The notes beneath the pieces were generated by a model. The model had not been told where the DNA came from and did no database searches. It saw nothing but the letters and a program-made list of their open reading frames with translations. 64,000 bases of DNA from Opitutales bacterium. Its GTDB lineage: Bacteria > Verrucomicrobiota > Verrucomicrobiia > Opitutales > Seribacteraceae. The position numbers were made by a program, and so were the translations under genes. The stretch covers positions 2,413-66,412 of the forward strand of contig JAYODK010000001.1 in NCBI GenBank assembly GCA_038106225.1, written 5' to 3'. Shown here in pieces: positions 1 through 9,750 of the stretch. The first letter of the stretch is position 1; each line of letters starts with the position of its first letter.

Positions 1-823
1 AATCGGGCTTCAAAGATTAGCAGAAGAAGACCCAACTTTTGGCCTCTCTACTAACGAAGAGACCGGGCAAACAATCATTGCTGGAATGGGTGAATTACAT
101 CTCGATATTATTCGGGACCGCTTATTTAGGGAATTTAAAGTCGAAGCAACGGCAGGAAAGCCGCAAATTGCTTACCGTGAAACAATAACATCATCTGCGG
201 ATGGTGTTGGAAAATTCGTCCGTCAATCCGGAGGTCGCGGTCAATATGGACATGCAGTTATTCAAATCGAATCCCTTGAGAAAGGTAAAGGTATTGAACT
301 GGAGAACAAAATTGTTGGAGGAGCAATTCCCAAGGAGTTCATAAAGCCAACACTTGATGGTATCAAGGAAGCAGCTCAAGGTGGAGTTATAGCAGGTTAT
401 CCAGTTATTGATTTTAAGGTTTCACTAGTTGATGGATCCTTTCACGATGTCGATTCCTCTGAAATGGCTTTTAAAATGGCTGGAATTTTCGCCTTCAAAG
501 ATGCTATGCAAAAAGCCTCTCCTATTCTACTAGAACCAATAATGAAGGTAGAGGTTTCTACCCCTGAGGAGTATCAAGGCGAGCTGATGGGTGATCTGAA
601 CAGAAGACGAGGTCAAATTCAAGGAATGGAAAGCCGTGGGAATGTCTGTATAATCGACGCATTTGTTCCTTTAGAAAATATGTTCGGCTACTCCACAGAT
701 ATGCGATCTCTTTCATCTGGGCGTGCGGATTACTCTATGACCCCTTCTCACTTTGACCAAGTTCCCCAGAATTTAGTACAAAATATTGTTGAGACATCCT
801 CTCGTGAACCAGCCAGAAGCTAA
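1..823 (+). CDS. fusA: Elongation factor G, C-terminal ~270 aa (5' end outside window)
   Basis: Frame is open from nt 2. The translation [41 protein letters not shown]... is the EF-G domain III-V region. The stop lies 3 nt before rpsJ. Confidence 0.95.
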   Translation, partial: IGLQRLAEEDPTFGLSTNEETGQTIIAGMGELHLDIIRDRLFREFKVEATAGKPQIAYRETITSSADGVGKFVRQSGGRGQYGHAVIQIESLEKGKGIELENKIVGGAIPKEFIKPTLDGIKEAAQGGVIAGYPVIDFKVSLVDGSFHDVDSSEMAFKMAGIFAFKDAMQKASPILLEPIMKVEVSTPEEYQGELMGDLNRRRGQIQGMESRGNVCIIDAFVPLENMFGYSTDMRSLSSGRADYSMTPSHFDQVPQNLVQNIVETSSREPARS

Positions 824-826
824 GTT

Positions 827-1135
827 ATGAACGGACATAAAATACGTATTAAACTCAAAGGCTTCGATTACAGGGTAATCGACCAATCGGCTTCTGATAT
901 TGTTGATACAGCCAAGCGAACAGGTGCACGCGTGGCTGGTCCTATTCCAATGCCCACAAGGATTGAGCGTTACACGGTCAATCGCTCGCCTCATGTTGAT
1001 AAGAAATCAATGGATCAGTTTGAGTTACGTACCCACAAAAGACTCATTGATATAATTGAGCCAACAGTACAAACTGTAGATGAGTTAAAAAAGCTTAATT
1101 TACCAGCTGGCGTAGAAATTAATATTAATGTATAA
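827..1135 (+). CDS. rpsJ: 30S ribosomal protein S10
   Basis: 102 aa. Contains [16 protein letters not shown]...[24 protein letters not shown]. First gene in the canonical S10 operon order. Confidence 0.97.
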   Translation: MNGHKIRIKLKGFDYRVIDQSASDIVDTAKRTGARVAGPIPMPTRIERYTVNRSPHVDKKSMDQFELRTHKRLIDIIEPTVQTVDELKKLNLPAGVEININV

Positions 1136-1228
1136 CACTTTCTCATTTTAAAATCTATTCAACAGAATTAACCCACTCAACCCCCTTTAAAGCAGGATCT
1201 AAAGTAGTATTCGCCTGCCGCTTAAAGA

Positions 1229-1876
1229 ATGAAATTAGAACTTTTAGGAAAAAAGCTTGGGATGACCCAAGTTTATGATGATGACAATAACCTTGTCCCA
1301 GTTACTATTATTGAGGCTGGTCCTTGTCCAATTCTTCAAGTAAAAAATATTGGTACGGATGGATACTCCGCCGTGCAGATAGGTTACAATCCCAACGGTA
1401 AGTCACCAAATAAATCAAATCGTTGCGTAAAGGGCCATGCTTCTAATGCGAATGTCAACCCGCAGAGTGTTTTGAAAGAATTCAGGCTTCCTGAAGATCA
1501 TAATTTTGAGAAAGGTAATTCTATTACAGTTGGGGATTTTTCTGATATTGCCCATGTAGATATTGTTTCCACTACCAAAGGCAGGGGTTTTCAAGGAGTA
1601 GTAAAGCGTTGGAATTTTGCTGGCGGGCCCGCTTCTCATGGATCGATGTTCCATCGTCGAGGAGGATCTTATGGTCTTTGTCAGTGGCCGGGACGTGTTT
1701 TCAAAAACAAAAAAATGCCCGGTCATATGGGTGATGTTCAAAGAACAACGCAAAACTTAAGAGTGGTTAAAACAATCCCAGAAAAAAATCTAATTTTGGT
1801 AAAGGGCAGCATTCCAGGCCACAAAGGTTCAGTATTATCAGTTCGTGTGGCTAAAAAAGCAAAAATTTCCTCATAA
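1229..1876 (+). CDS. rplC: 50S ribosomal protein L3
   Basis: 215 aa. Contains KLGMTQVY... and FQGVVKRWNFAGGPASHGS. Operon position fits. Confidence 0.97.
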   Translation: MKLELLGKKLGMTQVYDDDNNLVPVTIIEAGPCPILQVKNIGTDGYSAVQIGYNPNGKSPNKSNRCVKGHASNANVNPQSVLKEFRLPEDHNFEKGNSITVGDFSDIAHVDIVSTTKGRGFQGVVKRWNFAGGPASHGSMFHRRGGSYGLCQWPGRVFKNKKMPGHMGDVQRTTQNLRVVKTIPEKNLILVKGSIPGHKGSVLSVRVAKKAKISS

Positions 1877-1885
1877 ATTCCCAAG

Positions 1886-2506
1886 ATGAAGTTCAAATTA
1901 TTTAAAGCAGACGGGTCCGGTTCAAGTGAGACGGATATTAAGAAGTTTCCGGTTCTTGAGGAAGGCAAAGGAGTTGATGCATTGAGGCAATGTGTTCTGG
2001 CTGTCCGGGCAAATATGCGTCAGGGAAATGCATCTACCAAAACAAGGGATGAAGTATCTGGATCTGGCAAAAAGATTTATCGCCAGAAAGGATTAGGAAC
2101 TGGTCGAGCAGGAGACAAGCGTGCAATCCAAAGAACTGGTGGTGGGGTTGCTTTCGGTCCTAAACCTAGATCTTACAATCAAAAAGTAAATGGTAAGGTT
2201 CGTAAGTTAGCGATAATGCGAGCGTTGGTTGATCAATCAGCTGAAGGATCAATTTCTTTAATTGAAGAATGGACCCTGAAAAGTCCTAAAACTAAAGAGT
2301 TCAACACCTTGCTTAAAGCTATTGGTTTTGAGAAGAAAACCCTAATTATAGGCGATCCAATTGATAGGAATTTAATTCTGGCCTCACGTAATTTACCTCG
2401 CGTTAAAGTAGTAAGTGCACTTGAGGTTAACGCATTAGACTTAGTCAGTGCAGATCATGTGATTTGTAGCGTTAAGGGAATTAATTCTTTGATAAGTAAA
2501 TTATAA
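1886..2506 (+). CDS. rplD: 50S ribosomal protein L4
   Basis: 206 aa. Contains the core GSGKKIYRQKGLGTGRAGDKRAIQRTGGGVAFGPKPR. Operon position fits. Confidence 0.96.
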   Translation: MKFKLFKADGSGSSETDIKKFPVLEEGKGVDALRQCVLAVRANMRQGNASTKTRDEVSGSGKKIYRQKGLGTGRAGDKRAIQRTGGGVAFGPKPRSYNQKVNGKVRKLAIMRALVDQSAEGSISLIEEWTLKSPKTKEFNTLLKAIGFEKKTLIIGDPIDRNLILASRNLPRVKVVSALEVNALDLVSADHVICSVKGINSLISKL

Positions 2507-2521
2507 TTCTCCTCTATAATT

Positions 2522-2812
2522 ATGAACGAATCAGTTAAAGTTCTAAAGGAAGCTCTTCTCACCGAGAAAGCAACGATGCTTTCAGCCAATCTTAACCAAT
2601 ATGTCTTTTCCGTTTGCTCAGACGCAACCAGGACAAATGTAAAGAATGCCATAGAGAAAACTTTTGGAGTCACGGTAAACAAAGTTAACACTCTTACGCA
2701 GAAGCCTAAGTCAAAACGAGACCGAATGCGGCGAGGGAAGAAAGGTTTCACCTCCTTGTCTAAAAAAGCAATCGTAACACTGAAAGCTGGAGACAGCATT
2801 GATCTAGCTTAG
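2522..2812 (+). CDS. rplW: 50S ribosomal protein L23
   Basis: 96 aa, located between rplD and rplB. The LTEKA...FSV...NVKNAIEKTFGV pattern is uL23-like. Confidence 0.93.
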   Translation: MNESVKVLKEALLTEKATMLSANLNQYVFSVCSDATRTNVKNAIEKTFGVTVNKVNTLTQKPKSKRDRMRRGKKGFTSLSKKAIVTLKAGDSIDLA

Positions 2813-2827
2813 TAAGGAGAAATCATT

Positions 2828-3667
2828 ATGGCTATTTTACAACAAAAACCCGTTACACCAAGCGGCAGATTTTACCTTAAAAATAAACAAGAACTTTCCA
2901 AAAAGAGACCTGAGAAATCACTCACCTCTGGTTTTCACAGAAAAAAGGGTAGAAATACCTACGGACGGATTACCAGCAGAAGACGAGGTGGGGGGCACAA
3001 AAGGCTTTACCGGCAAATTGATTTTCGTCGTTCACGATTTGGTGACACAGCTGAGATTATCGCACTGGAATACGACCCCAATAGAACTGCCAATTTAGCA
3101 CTCATTCAATATAATGATGGCGAAAAGTCTTATATTATCGCACCAGACAATCTCAAAGTAGGTGATTTCCTGCTCAGCTCAGATTCATCCATTGATTTTA
3201 AAATTGGAAATGCTATGCCCCTTAAATTTATGCCCTTGGGAACCAAAGTTCATTGTATAGAACTCCTTCCTGGTGCTGGGGCTAAAATCTGTCGTTCTGC
3301 GGGTAGCACAGCGAGACTTATTTCCATAGACGGTGAAGATGCTTCCCTTAAAATGCCAAGTGGTGAAATTCGTCTTGTTAAATCAAATTGTCGTGCAACA
3401 ATTGGTTCAGTTGGCAATGTAAACCACCAAAAATCTACCATTGGTAAAGCTGGTAGAAATCGCTGGAAAGGTCGCCGTCCTCGTGTTCGTGGTGTTGCAA
3501 TGAATCCAGTAGATCATCCAATGGGAGGTGGTGAGGGAAAGACCTCTGGAGGCGGTCATCCAACTTCACCTTGGGGACAATTGTCCAAGGGTTTTCCAAC
3601 TCGCAAAAAATCTAAACCATCGAACTCACTCATCATTACTCGTCGTAATGGTCGTAGAGTAAAGTAA
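2828..3667 (+). CDS. rplB: 50S ribosomal protein L2
   Basis: 279 aa. Contains the motifs [12 protein letters not shown] and [15 protein letters not shown]. Confidence 0.98.
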   Translation: MAILQQKPVTPSGRFYLKNKQELSKKRPEKSLTSGFHRKKGRNTYGRITSRRRGGGHKRLYRQIDFRRSRFGDTAEIIALEYDPNRTANLALIQYNDGEKSYIIAPDNLKVGDFLLSSDSSIDFKIGNAMPLKFMPLGTKVHCIELLPGAGAKICRSAGSTARLISIDGEDASLKMPSGEIRLVKSNCRATIGSVGNVNHQKSTIGKAGRNRWKGRRPRVRGVAMNPVDHPMGGGEGKTSGGGHPTSPWGQLSKGFPTRKKSKPSNSLIITRRNGRRVK

Positions 3668-3674
3668 ATTCACC

Positions 3675-3944
3675 ATGACTAGATCTATTAAAAAAGGTTT
3701 CTTTGTTGATCCACACCTAATGAAGAAGGTGCAAAAAGCTCAGGATACTGGAGATCGTAAGCCCATCAAAACTTGGTCTCGAAGATCAACGATAACTCCT
3801 GATTTTGTTGGTCTTAACTTCACTGTACATAATGGTAAAAACTTTCTCCCTGTTTATGTGACTGAGAATATGGTTGGTCACAAACTGGGTGAATTCTCAG
3901 CTACCAGAGCATTCAAATCTCACAATCCACACACTCAGAAGTAA
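3675..3944 (+). CDS. rpsS: 30S ribosomal protein S19
   Basis: 89 aa. Contains [41 protein letters not shown]. Confidence 0.97.
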   Translation: MTRSIKKGFFVDPHLMKKVQKAQDTGDRKPIKTWSRRSTITPDFVGLNFTVHNGKNFLPVYVTENMVGHKLGEFSATRAFKSHNPHTQK

Positions 3945-3945
3945 A

Positions 3946-4284
3946 ATGGAAATTAAATCCTATTCTAAATATATGCGGATTTCTCCAAAGAAAGCTAGGG
4001 AGGTTGCAAGAATTCTGCCTGGCAGGAAAGCGACTGAGGGTGTTTCCCTGCTCAAATATATTCCTAGAAAAGCAGCACGAATGCTCGACAAAACTCTTCG
4101 GTCCGCAATGGCAAATGCTGAAAACAATGCCAATCTTAATGCAGACAATCTTATCATTAGAGAGGCAATCGTTGAGGAGGGTCCTGCACTTAAGCGTTTT
4201 CGCCCATGTGCACGAGGCTCTGCTCATCCATACAAAAAAAGAATGAGCCATCTCCGTATAACCTTAACAGACGAAAAAATCTAA
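3946..4284 (+). CDS. rplV: 50S ribosomal protein L22
   Basis: The ORF-track start at 3874 overlaps rpsS. The ATG at 3946 follows the rpsS stop by 1 nt and gives 112 aa, MEIKSYSKYMRISPKKAREVARIL... Confidence 0.95.
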   Translation: MEIKSYSKYMRISPKKAREVARILPGRKATEGVSLLKYIPRKAARMLDKTLRSAMANAENNANLNADNLIIREAIVEEGPALKRFRPCARGSAHPYKKRMSHLRITLTDEKI

Positions 4285-4287
4285 ATT

Positions 4288-4923
4288 ATGGGTCAGAAAG
4301 TAAATCCTATCGGTTTTCGGCTAAGCGTCCGAAGAAATTGGAGTGCTCGATGGTATGCTAATAAATTCGACTACTCCAACTTTATGGAGGAAGATAATCT
4401 AATACGAGGCTTCCTTGAAAAGAAACTACGTTATGCTTCTGTTCCCAGGATTGTTATAGAACGTGCTTCTACTAGAACACGCGTTACCATTTGGACAGCT
4501 AGACCAGGAATTGTGATTGGTCGTAAGGGTCAAGAATTAGACTCGCTTAGGGATTCTTTAAACCGTGCGGCAGGAAAAGAAGTTCGTCTTGAAATTCAAG
4601 AGATCAAGAAGCCAGATCTTGTTGCTTCCTTGGTTGCTGAAAGTGTTGCTTTACAATTGGAGAGAAGAATTGCCTTCCGAAGAGCCATGAAAAAGGCCGT
4701 TCAGACTACTATGTCTATGGGTGCCCAAGGTATTCGCATACAATGTGCGGGTCGTCTAGCTGGGGCTGATATTGCAAGAACAGAACAATTGCGTGAAGGA
4801 CGGGTTCCTTTACATACCCTGCGGGAAAATATTGACTATGGTCTCGTAGAAGCAAACACCGTCTATGGGATTATCGGCATCAAGTGTTGGATATGTCTTA
4901 AAGACGAAGATAAGATTTTCTAA
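4288..4923 (+). CDS. rpsC: 30S ribosomal protein S3
   Basis: 211 aa. Starts [12 protein letters not shown] and has KH-domain-like [10 protein letters not shown]. Confidence 0.97.
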   Translation: MGQKVNPIGFRLSVRRNWSARWYANKFDYSNFMEEDNLIRGFLEKKLRYASVPRIVIERASTRTRVTIWTARPGIVIGRKGQELDSLRDSLNRAAGKEVRLEIQEIKKPDLVASLVAESVALQLERRIAFRRAMKKAVQTTMSMGAQGIRIQCAGRLAGADIARTEQLREGRVPLHTLRENIDYGLVEANTVYGIIGIKCWICLKDEDKIF

Positions 4924-4935
4924 ACCCCCTGTCTT

Positions 4936-5358
4936 ATGCCTAAATTATTACCATCCCGTACAAAATTTAGAAAGGTTCACAAAGGTAGAATTAGAGGGTC
5001 TGCCTCTAGGGGAAACTCCGTTTCTTTTGGTGAATTTGGAATCCAATCACTCTCTCGTGGAAGAATGACCTCCAATCAAATAGAAGCTGCTCGTGTTGCT
5101 ATTAACCGCCATCTGAAGCGAAAAGGTAAAGTATGGATTAGAGTCTTTCCTCATAAGCCTGTTACGAAAAAACCTGCTGAAACCAGGCAGGGAAAAGGAA
5201 AAGGACCTGTTGATCATTGGGTAGCGGTAATTAAGCCGGGCCATGTTCTGTTTGAGATTGCTGGATGCTCCTTAACACTGGCAAGAGAAGCTCTTGGCTT
5301 GGCCGATTCTAAGCTACCTTTCCGCTGTCGTTTAGTAGCCCGTGAACGAAACTTTTAG
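4936..5358 (+). CDS. rplP: 50S ribosomal protein L16
   Basis: 140 aa. Starts [18 protein letters not shown]... Operon position fits. Confidence 0.97.
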   Translation: MPKLLPSRTKFRKVHKGRIRGSASRGNSVSFGEFGIQSLSRGRMTSNQIEAARVAINRHLKRKGKVWIRVFPHKPVTKKPAETRQGKGKGPVDHWVAVIKPGHVLFEIAGCSLTLAREALGLADSKLPFRCRLVARERNF

Positions 5359-5372
5359 ATTAGAACACGATC

Positions 5373-5582
5373 ATGAAAATGACTGAAATTAAAGATCTTT
5401 CTTCTCAGGAAATTCAAAAAAAAATCAGAGAGTTAGGTGACGAACTTTTACAATTGAAAGTCCGGAAGCAAACAGGACAAGTGGAAAAACCTCATATGAT
5501 TAAGTCATTGAGAAGAGATCGTGCCCGTTTGCTAACTCAACTGAGTGCCTCCAATCATTCTAATACAGATAAAAGTTCATGA
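5373..5582 (+). CDS. rpmC: 50S ribosomal protein L29
   Basis: 69 aa helical protein with [31 protein letters not shown]. Located between rplP and rpsQ. Confidence 0.93.
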   Translation: MKMTEIKDLSSQEIQKKIRELGDELLQLKVRKQTGQVEKPHMIKSLRRDRARLLTQLSASNHSNTDKSS

Positions 5583-5851
5583 GCGAAGAAACCAACAGAA
5601 ATAACCGTAAGCAACTTATAGGTGTTGTTCGTTCCATTACAGGAGACAAATCTATCAAGGTCGTTTATGAATATAAAATCCCTCATCCTCTTTATAAAAA
5701 GGAAATTAGGCGCAAAACAACAGTTCATGCACACGATGCTGAAAACCTTTCTAATGTAGGAGATAAAGTCAGGATTATGTCGACTCGACCTCTTAGCAAA
5801 CTAAAACGTTGGCGGGTGGTTGAGCTGATTGAAAAAGCTCCAACGGTTTAA
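5579..5851 (+). CDS. rpsQ: 30S ribosomal protein S17
   Basis: 90 aa. ATGA overlap with the rpmC stop. Contains [16 protein letters not shown]...[20 protein letters not shown]. Confidence 0.95.
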   Translation: MSEETNRNNRKQLIGVVRSITGDKSIKVVYEYKIPHPLYKKEIRRKTTVHAHDAENLSNVGDKVRIMSTRPLSKLKRWRVVELIEKAPTV

Positions 5852-5858
5852 TTACATC

Positions 5859-6221
5859 ATGATTCAATTACTCAGCAGATTGGAAGTTGCCGATAATACC
5901 GGTGCAAAGCAGGTAAGAATGATTCGCCGTTTAGGACAGCTGAAAAAAACTGCCTCGGTGGGCGATGTCATTGTTTGTCATGTAAAGGAAAGCTCCGTCG
6001 ACGCTTCAGTTAAAAAAGGCAGTGTAGTTCGAGCTGTAGTGGTGCGAACAAAATCTCCCATGAGAAGACGGGACGGAAGCTATCTTCGCTTTGATGAAAA
6101 CGCTTGTGTGATCGTCAATAACGACGGTTCGCCCAAAGGCACTCGAATATTTGGTCCCGTGGCACGTGAATTACGTCAGAAATTTATGAAGATAATTTCA
6201 CTTGCACCAGAAGTTTTATAA
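5859..6221 (+). CDS. rplN: 50S ribosomal protein L14
   Basis: The ATG at 5859 gives [19 protein letters not shown]..., a canonical uL14 N-terminus. The ORF-track start at 5829 overlaps rpsQ. Confidence 0.96.
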   Translation: MIQLLSRLEVADNTGAKQVRMIRRLGQLKKTASVGDVIVCHVKESSVDASVKKGSVVRAVVVRTKSPMRRRDGSYLRFDENACVIVNNDGSPKGTRIFGPVARELRQKFMKIISLAPEVL

Positions 6222-6222
6222 A

Positions 6223-6447
6223 ATGGCTAATAAATTAAAAAAAGGTGATGAGGTGATCGTTATTGCCGGTGACCACAAAGGAAGCAAAGGAAAAATACTC
6301 GAGGTTATTCGTTCCAAGAATCGAGTTTTAGTTGAGGGGGTTAATCTCGTAAAAAAACACGAACGGAAAACTCAGGATAATCCTCAAGGCTCAATCGTGG
6401 AAAGAGAAGCATCCATGCATTTTTCCAACGTCAAAAAGACTGCTTAA
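6223..6447 (+). CDS. rplX: 50S ribosomal protein L24 (short, 74 aa)
   Basis: The ATG at 6223 follows the rplN stop by 1 nt. Contains the KOW motif [20 protein letters not shown]. Confidence 0.93.
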   Translation: MANKLKKGDEVIVIAGDHKGSKGKILEVIRSKNRVLVEGVNLVKKHERKTQDNPQGSIVEREASMHFSNVKKTA

Positions 6448-6462
6448 ATTTTTTTACATTTC

Positions 6463-7032
6463 ATGAAGATCCCAGAGTTAAAAAAAGTTTATTCTGATAA
6501 TGTGGCACCAACACTGATGAAAAAATTGGGCTACACAAATATTCATCAGGTACCAAAGATAGAAAAGATCGTAATCAATTCTTCATTTGGAGCAGAGATG
6601 GACAAGAACGGTATCGCAGATCTTCGAAACGATATTGCGAATCTTGCCGGCCAGGCACCTGTGGTCGTTAAAGCAAAGATCAGTGTTTCTAATTTTAAGC
6701 TCAGGCAGGGAATGCCGGTTGGAGTTAAAGTCACTTTACGAGGGAATCAAATGTGGGAATTTTTGTATAGATTGATTGCGATTTCTCTTCCCAATATTCG
6801 TGATTTCCGTGGAGTTCGATCGAAGTTAGATGGTAGAGGAAACTACTCATTAGGAATTACAGATCACAGTATATTTCCAGAAATCAATGTGGAGCGACAA
6901 AGGGTCAATGTAGGATTAGACATCTGTATAAACACAACCGCTGATAATGATGAAGAAGGCATGGAGCTTCTTCAACTCCTCGGTATGCCTTTTCGTAAGC
7001 AAAATCCTCAACCGGTTGAGCAGGCAGCTTAA
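6463..7032 (+). CDS. rplE: 50S ribosomal protein L5
   Basis: 189 aa. Contains VPKIEKIVINSSFG...GMPVGVKVTLRG..MWEFL.RLI..SLP.IRDFRG. Confidence 0.96.
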   Translation: MKIPELKKVYSDNVAPTLMKKLGYTNIHQVPKIEKIVINSSFGAEMDKNGIADLRNDIANLAGQAPVVVKAKISVSNFKLRQGMPVGVKVTLRGNQMWEFLYRLIAISLPNIRDFRGVRSKLDGRGNYSLGITDHSIFPEINVERQRVNVGLDICINTTADNDEEGMELLQLLGMPFRKQNPQPVEQAA

Positions 7033-7050
7033 CTTATAATTATTTAGATC

Positions 7051-7356
7051 ATGGCAAAAAAATCTGCAATTCAAAGAAATAAGAAAAGAGAACGTATGGT
7101 TGTCCGTTATGCTGCAAAGCGAGATGCTTTAAAAAAAATCCTCTCAGATCCTAACACTAGCGAAGAAGATTTTTACAACGCTCAAGCAAAGCTCACTAAA
7201 TTACCCAAGAATTCTTCACCTGTTCGTGTTGTCAAGAGATGTTCACTTACTGGCAGACCTCGTGCAGTTATTAGAAAATTCGGTCTATCACGCATATCTT
7301 TTCGTGAACTTGCCTTACAAGGCAAAGTCCCTGGAGTCATCAAAGCCTCTTGGTAA
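7051..7356 (+). CDS. rpsN: 30S ribosomal protein S14 (long, non-zinc form)
   Basis: 101 aa, ending [39 protein letters not shown]. Confidence 0.96.
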   Translation: MAKKSAIQRNKKRERMVVRYAAKRDALKKILSDPNTSEEDFYNAQAKLTKLPKNSSPVRVVKRCSLTGRPRAVIRKFGLSRISFRELALQGKVPGVIKASW

Positions 7357-7381
7357 TCTAAAACTCTATCCCAAACACAAG

Positions 7382-7780
7382 ATGTCAGTACACGATACAA
7401 TTGGTGACTTTATAACTGTTATTCGAAACGCCGGACAAGCAGGTAAGGACAGTTGCTCCTATCCTCACTCAAATTTGCGGGCAGGGATTGCCAAAATATT
7501 GAAAGATCGTGGATTTGTTTCTGACTGCCAAGAAGGTGATAATGAAAAAGGTTTCAAAACATTGGAAATCAAGCTGAAATATGTTTCAGGAAAGCATGCG
7601 ATTAAAGGAATTAGTCGTGTGAGTACTCCTGGTCGCCGTTCTTATTGCGGCTATCGCGATATTCCGAGTGTTTTAGGAGGACTTGGGATTTCTATCATTA
7701 GTTCACCTAAGGGAATTATCGATGATCGAACGGCTAGACAAGAAAAGCTTGGTGGAGAATTACTTTGCAGCGTTTGGTAG
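7382..7780 (+). CDS. rpsH: 30S ribosomal protein S8
   Basis: The ATG at 7382 gives MSVHDTIGDFITVIRNAGQAGK... (132 aa). The ORF-track start at 7226 lies inside rpsN. Confidence 0.96.
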   Translation: MSVHDTIGDFITVIRNAGQAGKDSCSYPHSNLRAGIAKILKDRGFVSDCQEGDNEKGFKTLEIKLKYVSGKHAIKGISRVSTPGRRSYCGYRDIPSVLGGLGISIISSPKGIIDDRTARQEKLGGELLCSVW

Positions 7781-7789
7781 GAAATTATT

Positions 7790-8326
7790 ATGAGCAGAAT
7801 AGGAAATTTACCAATAGACATACCGGCAGAAGTTCAAGTTAGTGCTGAGAATGGTATCGTTAAAGTCAAAGGGCCTAAAGGAGAGCTGCACCAAAGTCTG
7901 CATGATTCAATTGATATTGAGGTATCTGATAAGAAAATTCAGATATGTCCTAAAAATACCAGTCGTCAGACACGAGCTTTACAGGGTACATTTCGAGCAC
8001 TTATAGCTAATATGGTCTCAGGAGTTGTTTCTCCATACAGCAAAAATTTGCTAATTGAAGGTGTTGGATTTCGTGCATCTGTTAAGGGGACTGAGGTTGG
8101 ATTAGAACTTGGCTACTCCCATCCCATTAATCATCCAATTCCTGAAGGAGTTACTGTTACTGTCGCTGAAAATGTAAAAATACATGTTGAGGGACCAGAT
8201 AAACAAAAAGTAGGTCAATTGGCTGCTGAAATAAAAAATTACTATCCAGTTGAGCCATATAAAGGAAAAGGCGTACGCATTGTTGGTGAGTATGTTCGCC
8301 GAAAAGAAGGAAAAAAATCAGCTTAA
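7790..8326 (+). CDS. rplF: 50S ribosomal protein L6
   Basis: 178 aa. Starts MSRIGNLPIDIP.. and has a two-domain uL6 pattern. Operon position fits. Confidence 0.96.
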   Translation: MSRIGNLPIDIPAEVQVSAENGIVKVKGPKGELHQSLHDSIDIEVSDKKIQICPKNTSRQTRALQGTFRALIANMVSGVVSPYSKNLLIEGVGFRASVKGTEVGLELGYSHPINHPIPEGVTVTVAENVKIHVEGPDKQKVGQLAAEIKNYYPVEPYKGKGVRIVGEYVRRKEGKKSA

Positions 8327-8350
8327 AGTGTTAATAATTATTTACATAAA

Positions 8351-8707
8351 ATGAATTTAGGAAAAAAGAGAGAACTTCTGCAAAAAAGACGCTGGCGTAT
8401 CAGAAAAAAGATTATTGGTTCATCTACTCGTCCAAGGTTGACTGTTCGTTTTTCTAATAAAAATATACATGCTCAATGTATTAATGATGAATCTTCTTCT
8501 ACTTTGGTGGCTATATCCACTAACGAAAAAGATCTTAAAAATGTTCTTCCAAACCTAAAGGGATCCGAAAAAATAGGTACACTCTTAGGAAAACGAATCA
8601 AGGATGCGGGCATCAACTGTCTTGTATTTGATAGAGCAGGTAGAAAGTACCACGGTTGTGTCAAAGCATTTGCGGATTCGGTTCGTAAAGAAGGTTTAGA
8701 ATTTTAA
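8351..8707 (+). CDS. rplR: 50S ribosomal protein L18
   Basis: 118 aa. Contains [16 protein letters not shown]...[27 protein letters not shown]. Confidence 0.96.
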   Translation: MNLGKKRELLQKRRWRIRKKIIGSSTRPRLTVRFSNKNIHAQCINDESSSTLVAISTNEKDLKNVLPNLKGSEKIGTLLGKRIKDAGINCLVFDRAGRKYHGCVKAFADSVRKEGLEF

Positions 8708-8712
8708 TAACC

Positions 8713-9285
8713 ATGTCAGAAAGAAAATCCAAATCATCAAAACCCTCTGAGAATGTTACACTAGAAGAGGAAGAGCTTTTCGAAAAAGTTGTCCATGTAA
8801 ACCGCTGTGCAAAAGTGGTTAAGGGTGGTCGCAGATTTAGCTTTGCCGCACTCGTTGTAGTAGGAGATCAAAAAGGAAGTGTTGGCTTCGGCTACGGTAA
8901 AGCTCAAATGGTACCAGATGCTATCAGAAAAGGAACTGAGCAGGCAAAAAAGTCAATGCGTCCAGTCTCCTTATCTGGTGAAACTATCCCCCACCCAGTT
9001 CTTGCTAATTTTGATGGAGGCAAGGTTTTGTTACGCCCTGCTAGAGAAGGGACAGGAATTATTGCAGGTGGTGGTGTTCGTGCAGTTTTAGAAGGAGCTG
9101 GAATAAAAAATGTGCTGTCTAAATCCTTGGGTTCAAACAATCCCCTTTCAGTGGTAGGTGCAACGATGAAAGGGTTATGTGACTTACGCTCTGCTGAAGA
9201 AATATCAGAGATTCGCGGCGAGAAAGTACTAGGACCTTCATTTACTTCAACTTCTTCGGAATCCAACCTTTCCGTGGGAGCATAA
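8713..9285 (+). CDS. rpsE: 30S ribosomal protein S5 (with short N- and C-terminal tails)
   Basis: 190 aa. Contains [36 protein letters not shown]. Confidence 0.96.
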   Translation: MSERKSKSSKPSENVTLEEEELFEKVVHVNRCAKVVKGGRRFSFAALVVVGDQKGSVGFGYGKAQMVPDAIRKGTEQAKKSMRPVSLSGETIPHPVLANFDGGKVLLRPAREGTGIIAGGGVRAVLEGAGIKNVLSKSLGSNNPLSVVGATMKGLCDLRSAEEISEIRGEKVLGPSFTSTSSESNLSVGA

Positions 9286-9309
9286 TGCTAGTTTAATTCC
9301 TTACATTTT

Positions 9310-9744
9310 ATGAAAGAATATAATTTACCGACAGGGGCTAACCGTGGCAAAAAAAGATTAGGAAGGGGCGAAGGAAATGGCCATGGAAAAACTTGTTGTC
9401 GAGGCCATAAAGGTGCCGGAGCACGTTCAGGATACTCCCTTCGTGCGGGCTTCGAAGGTGGTCAAATGCCTCTTTATCGGAAATTGCCTCAGCGAGGCTT
9501 TAATCGTGCTCGCTTTCAGACTGAAATAGCAGTTGTTAATGTTGGTCAACTAGACAAGCTGACTACTGATCAGGTGAATATTCAAACTTTGAAAGAGGCT
9601 GGTCTTATCCGAACGAATGTATCTGCTGTAAAGTTACTTGGTTCTGGCGAAGTCAAAAATGCATTACAGGTAAAAGTCCAGTATGCATCAGCTTCTGCCG
9701 GAAAAAAAATTGAAGCAGCTGGCGGATCAATTGTTCTTACTTAA
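9310..9744 (+). CDS. rplO: 50S ribosomal protein L15
   Basis: 144 aa. Contains KKRLGRGEGNGHGKTCCRGHKG...GFEGGQMPLYRKLP. It follows rpsE directly, with no rpmD between them. Confidence 0.96.
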   Translation: MKEYNLPTGANRGKKRLGRGEGNGHGKTCCRGHKGAGARSGYSLRAGFEGGQMPLYRKLPQRGFNRARFQTEIAVVNVGQLDKLTTDQVNIQTLKEAGLIRTNVSAVKLLGSGEVKNALQVKVQYASASAGKKIEAAGGSIVLT

Positions 9745-9750
9745 TTCAAT

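Noticed and set aside
3874-3945. N-terminally extended ORF-track starts for rplV. The same issue arises for rplN (5829), rplX (6202), rpsH (7226), rpsM (11232), the epimerase (31832), the NfeD genes (31825 and 33302) and the peroxiredoxin (59211).
   Set aside because: Each extension overlaps the preceding gene or adds non-conserved residues. In every case an internal ATG sits 1-25 nt after the upstream stop and reproduces the canonical N-terminus.
8904-9266. 120-aa minus-strand ORF. Similar antisense or alternative-frame ORFs occur at 10149-10529, 14284-14592, 13637-13942 and 3913-4251.
   Set aside because: All are embedded in highly conserved ribosomal, secY or rpoA genes. None has any motif content. 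I treat them as spurious.
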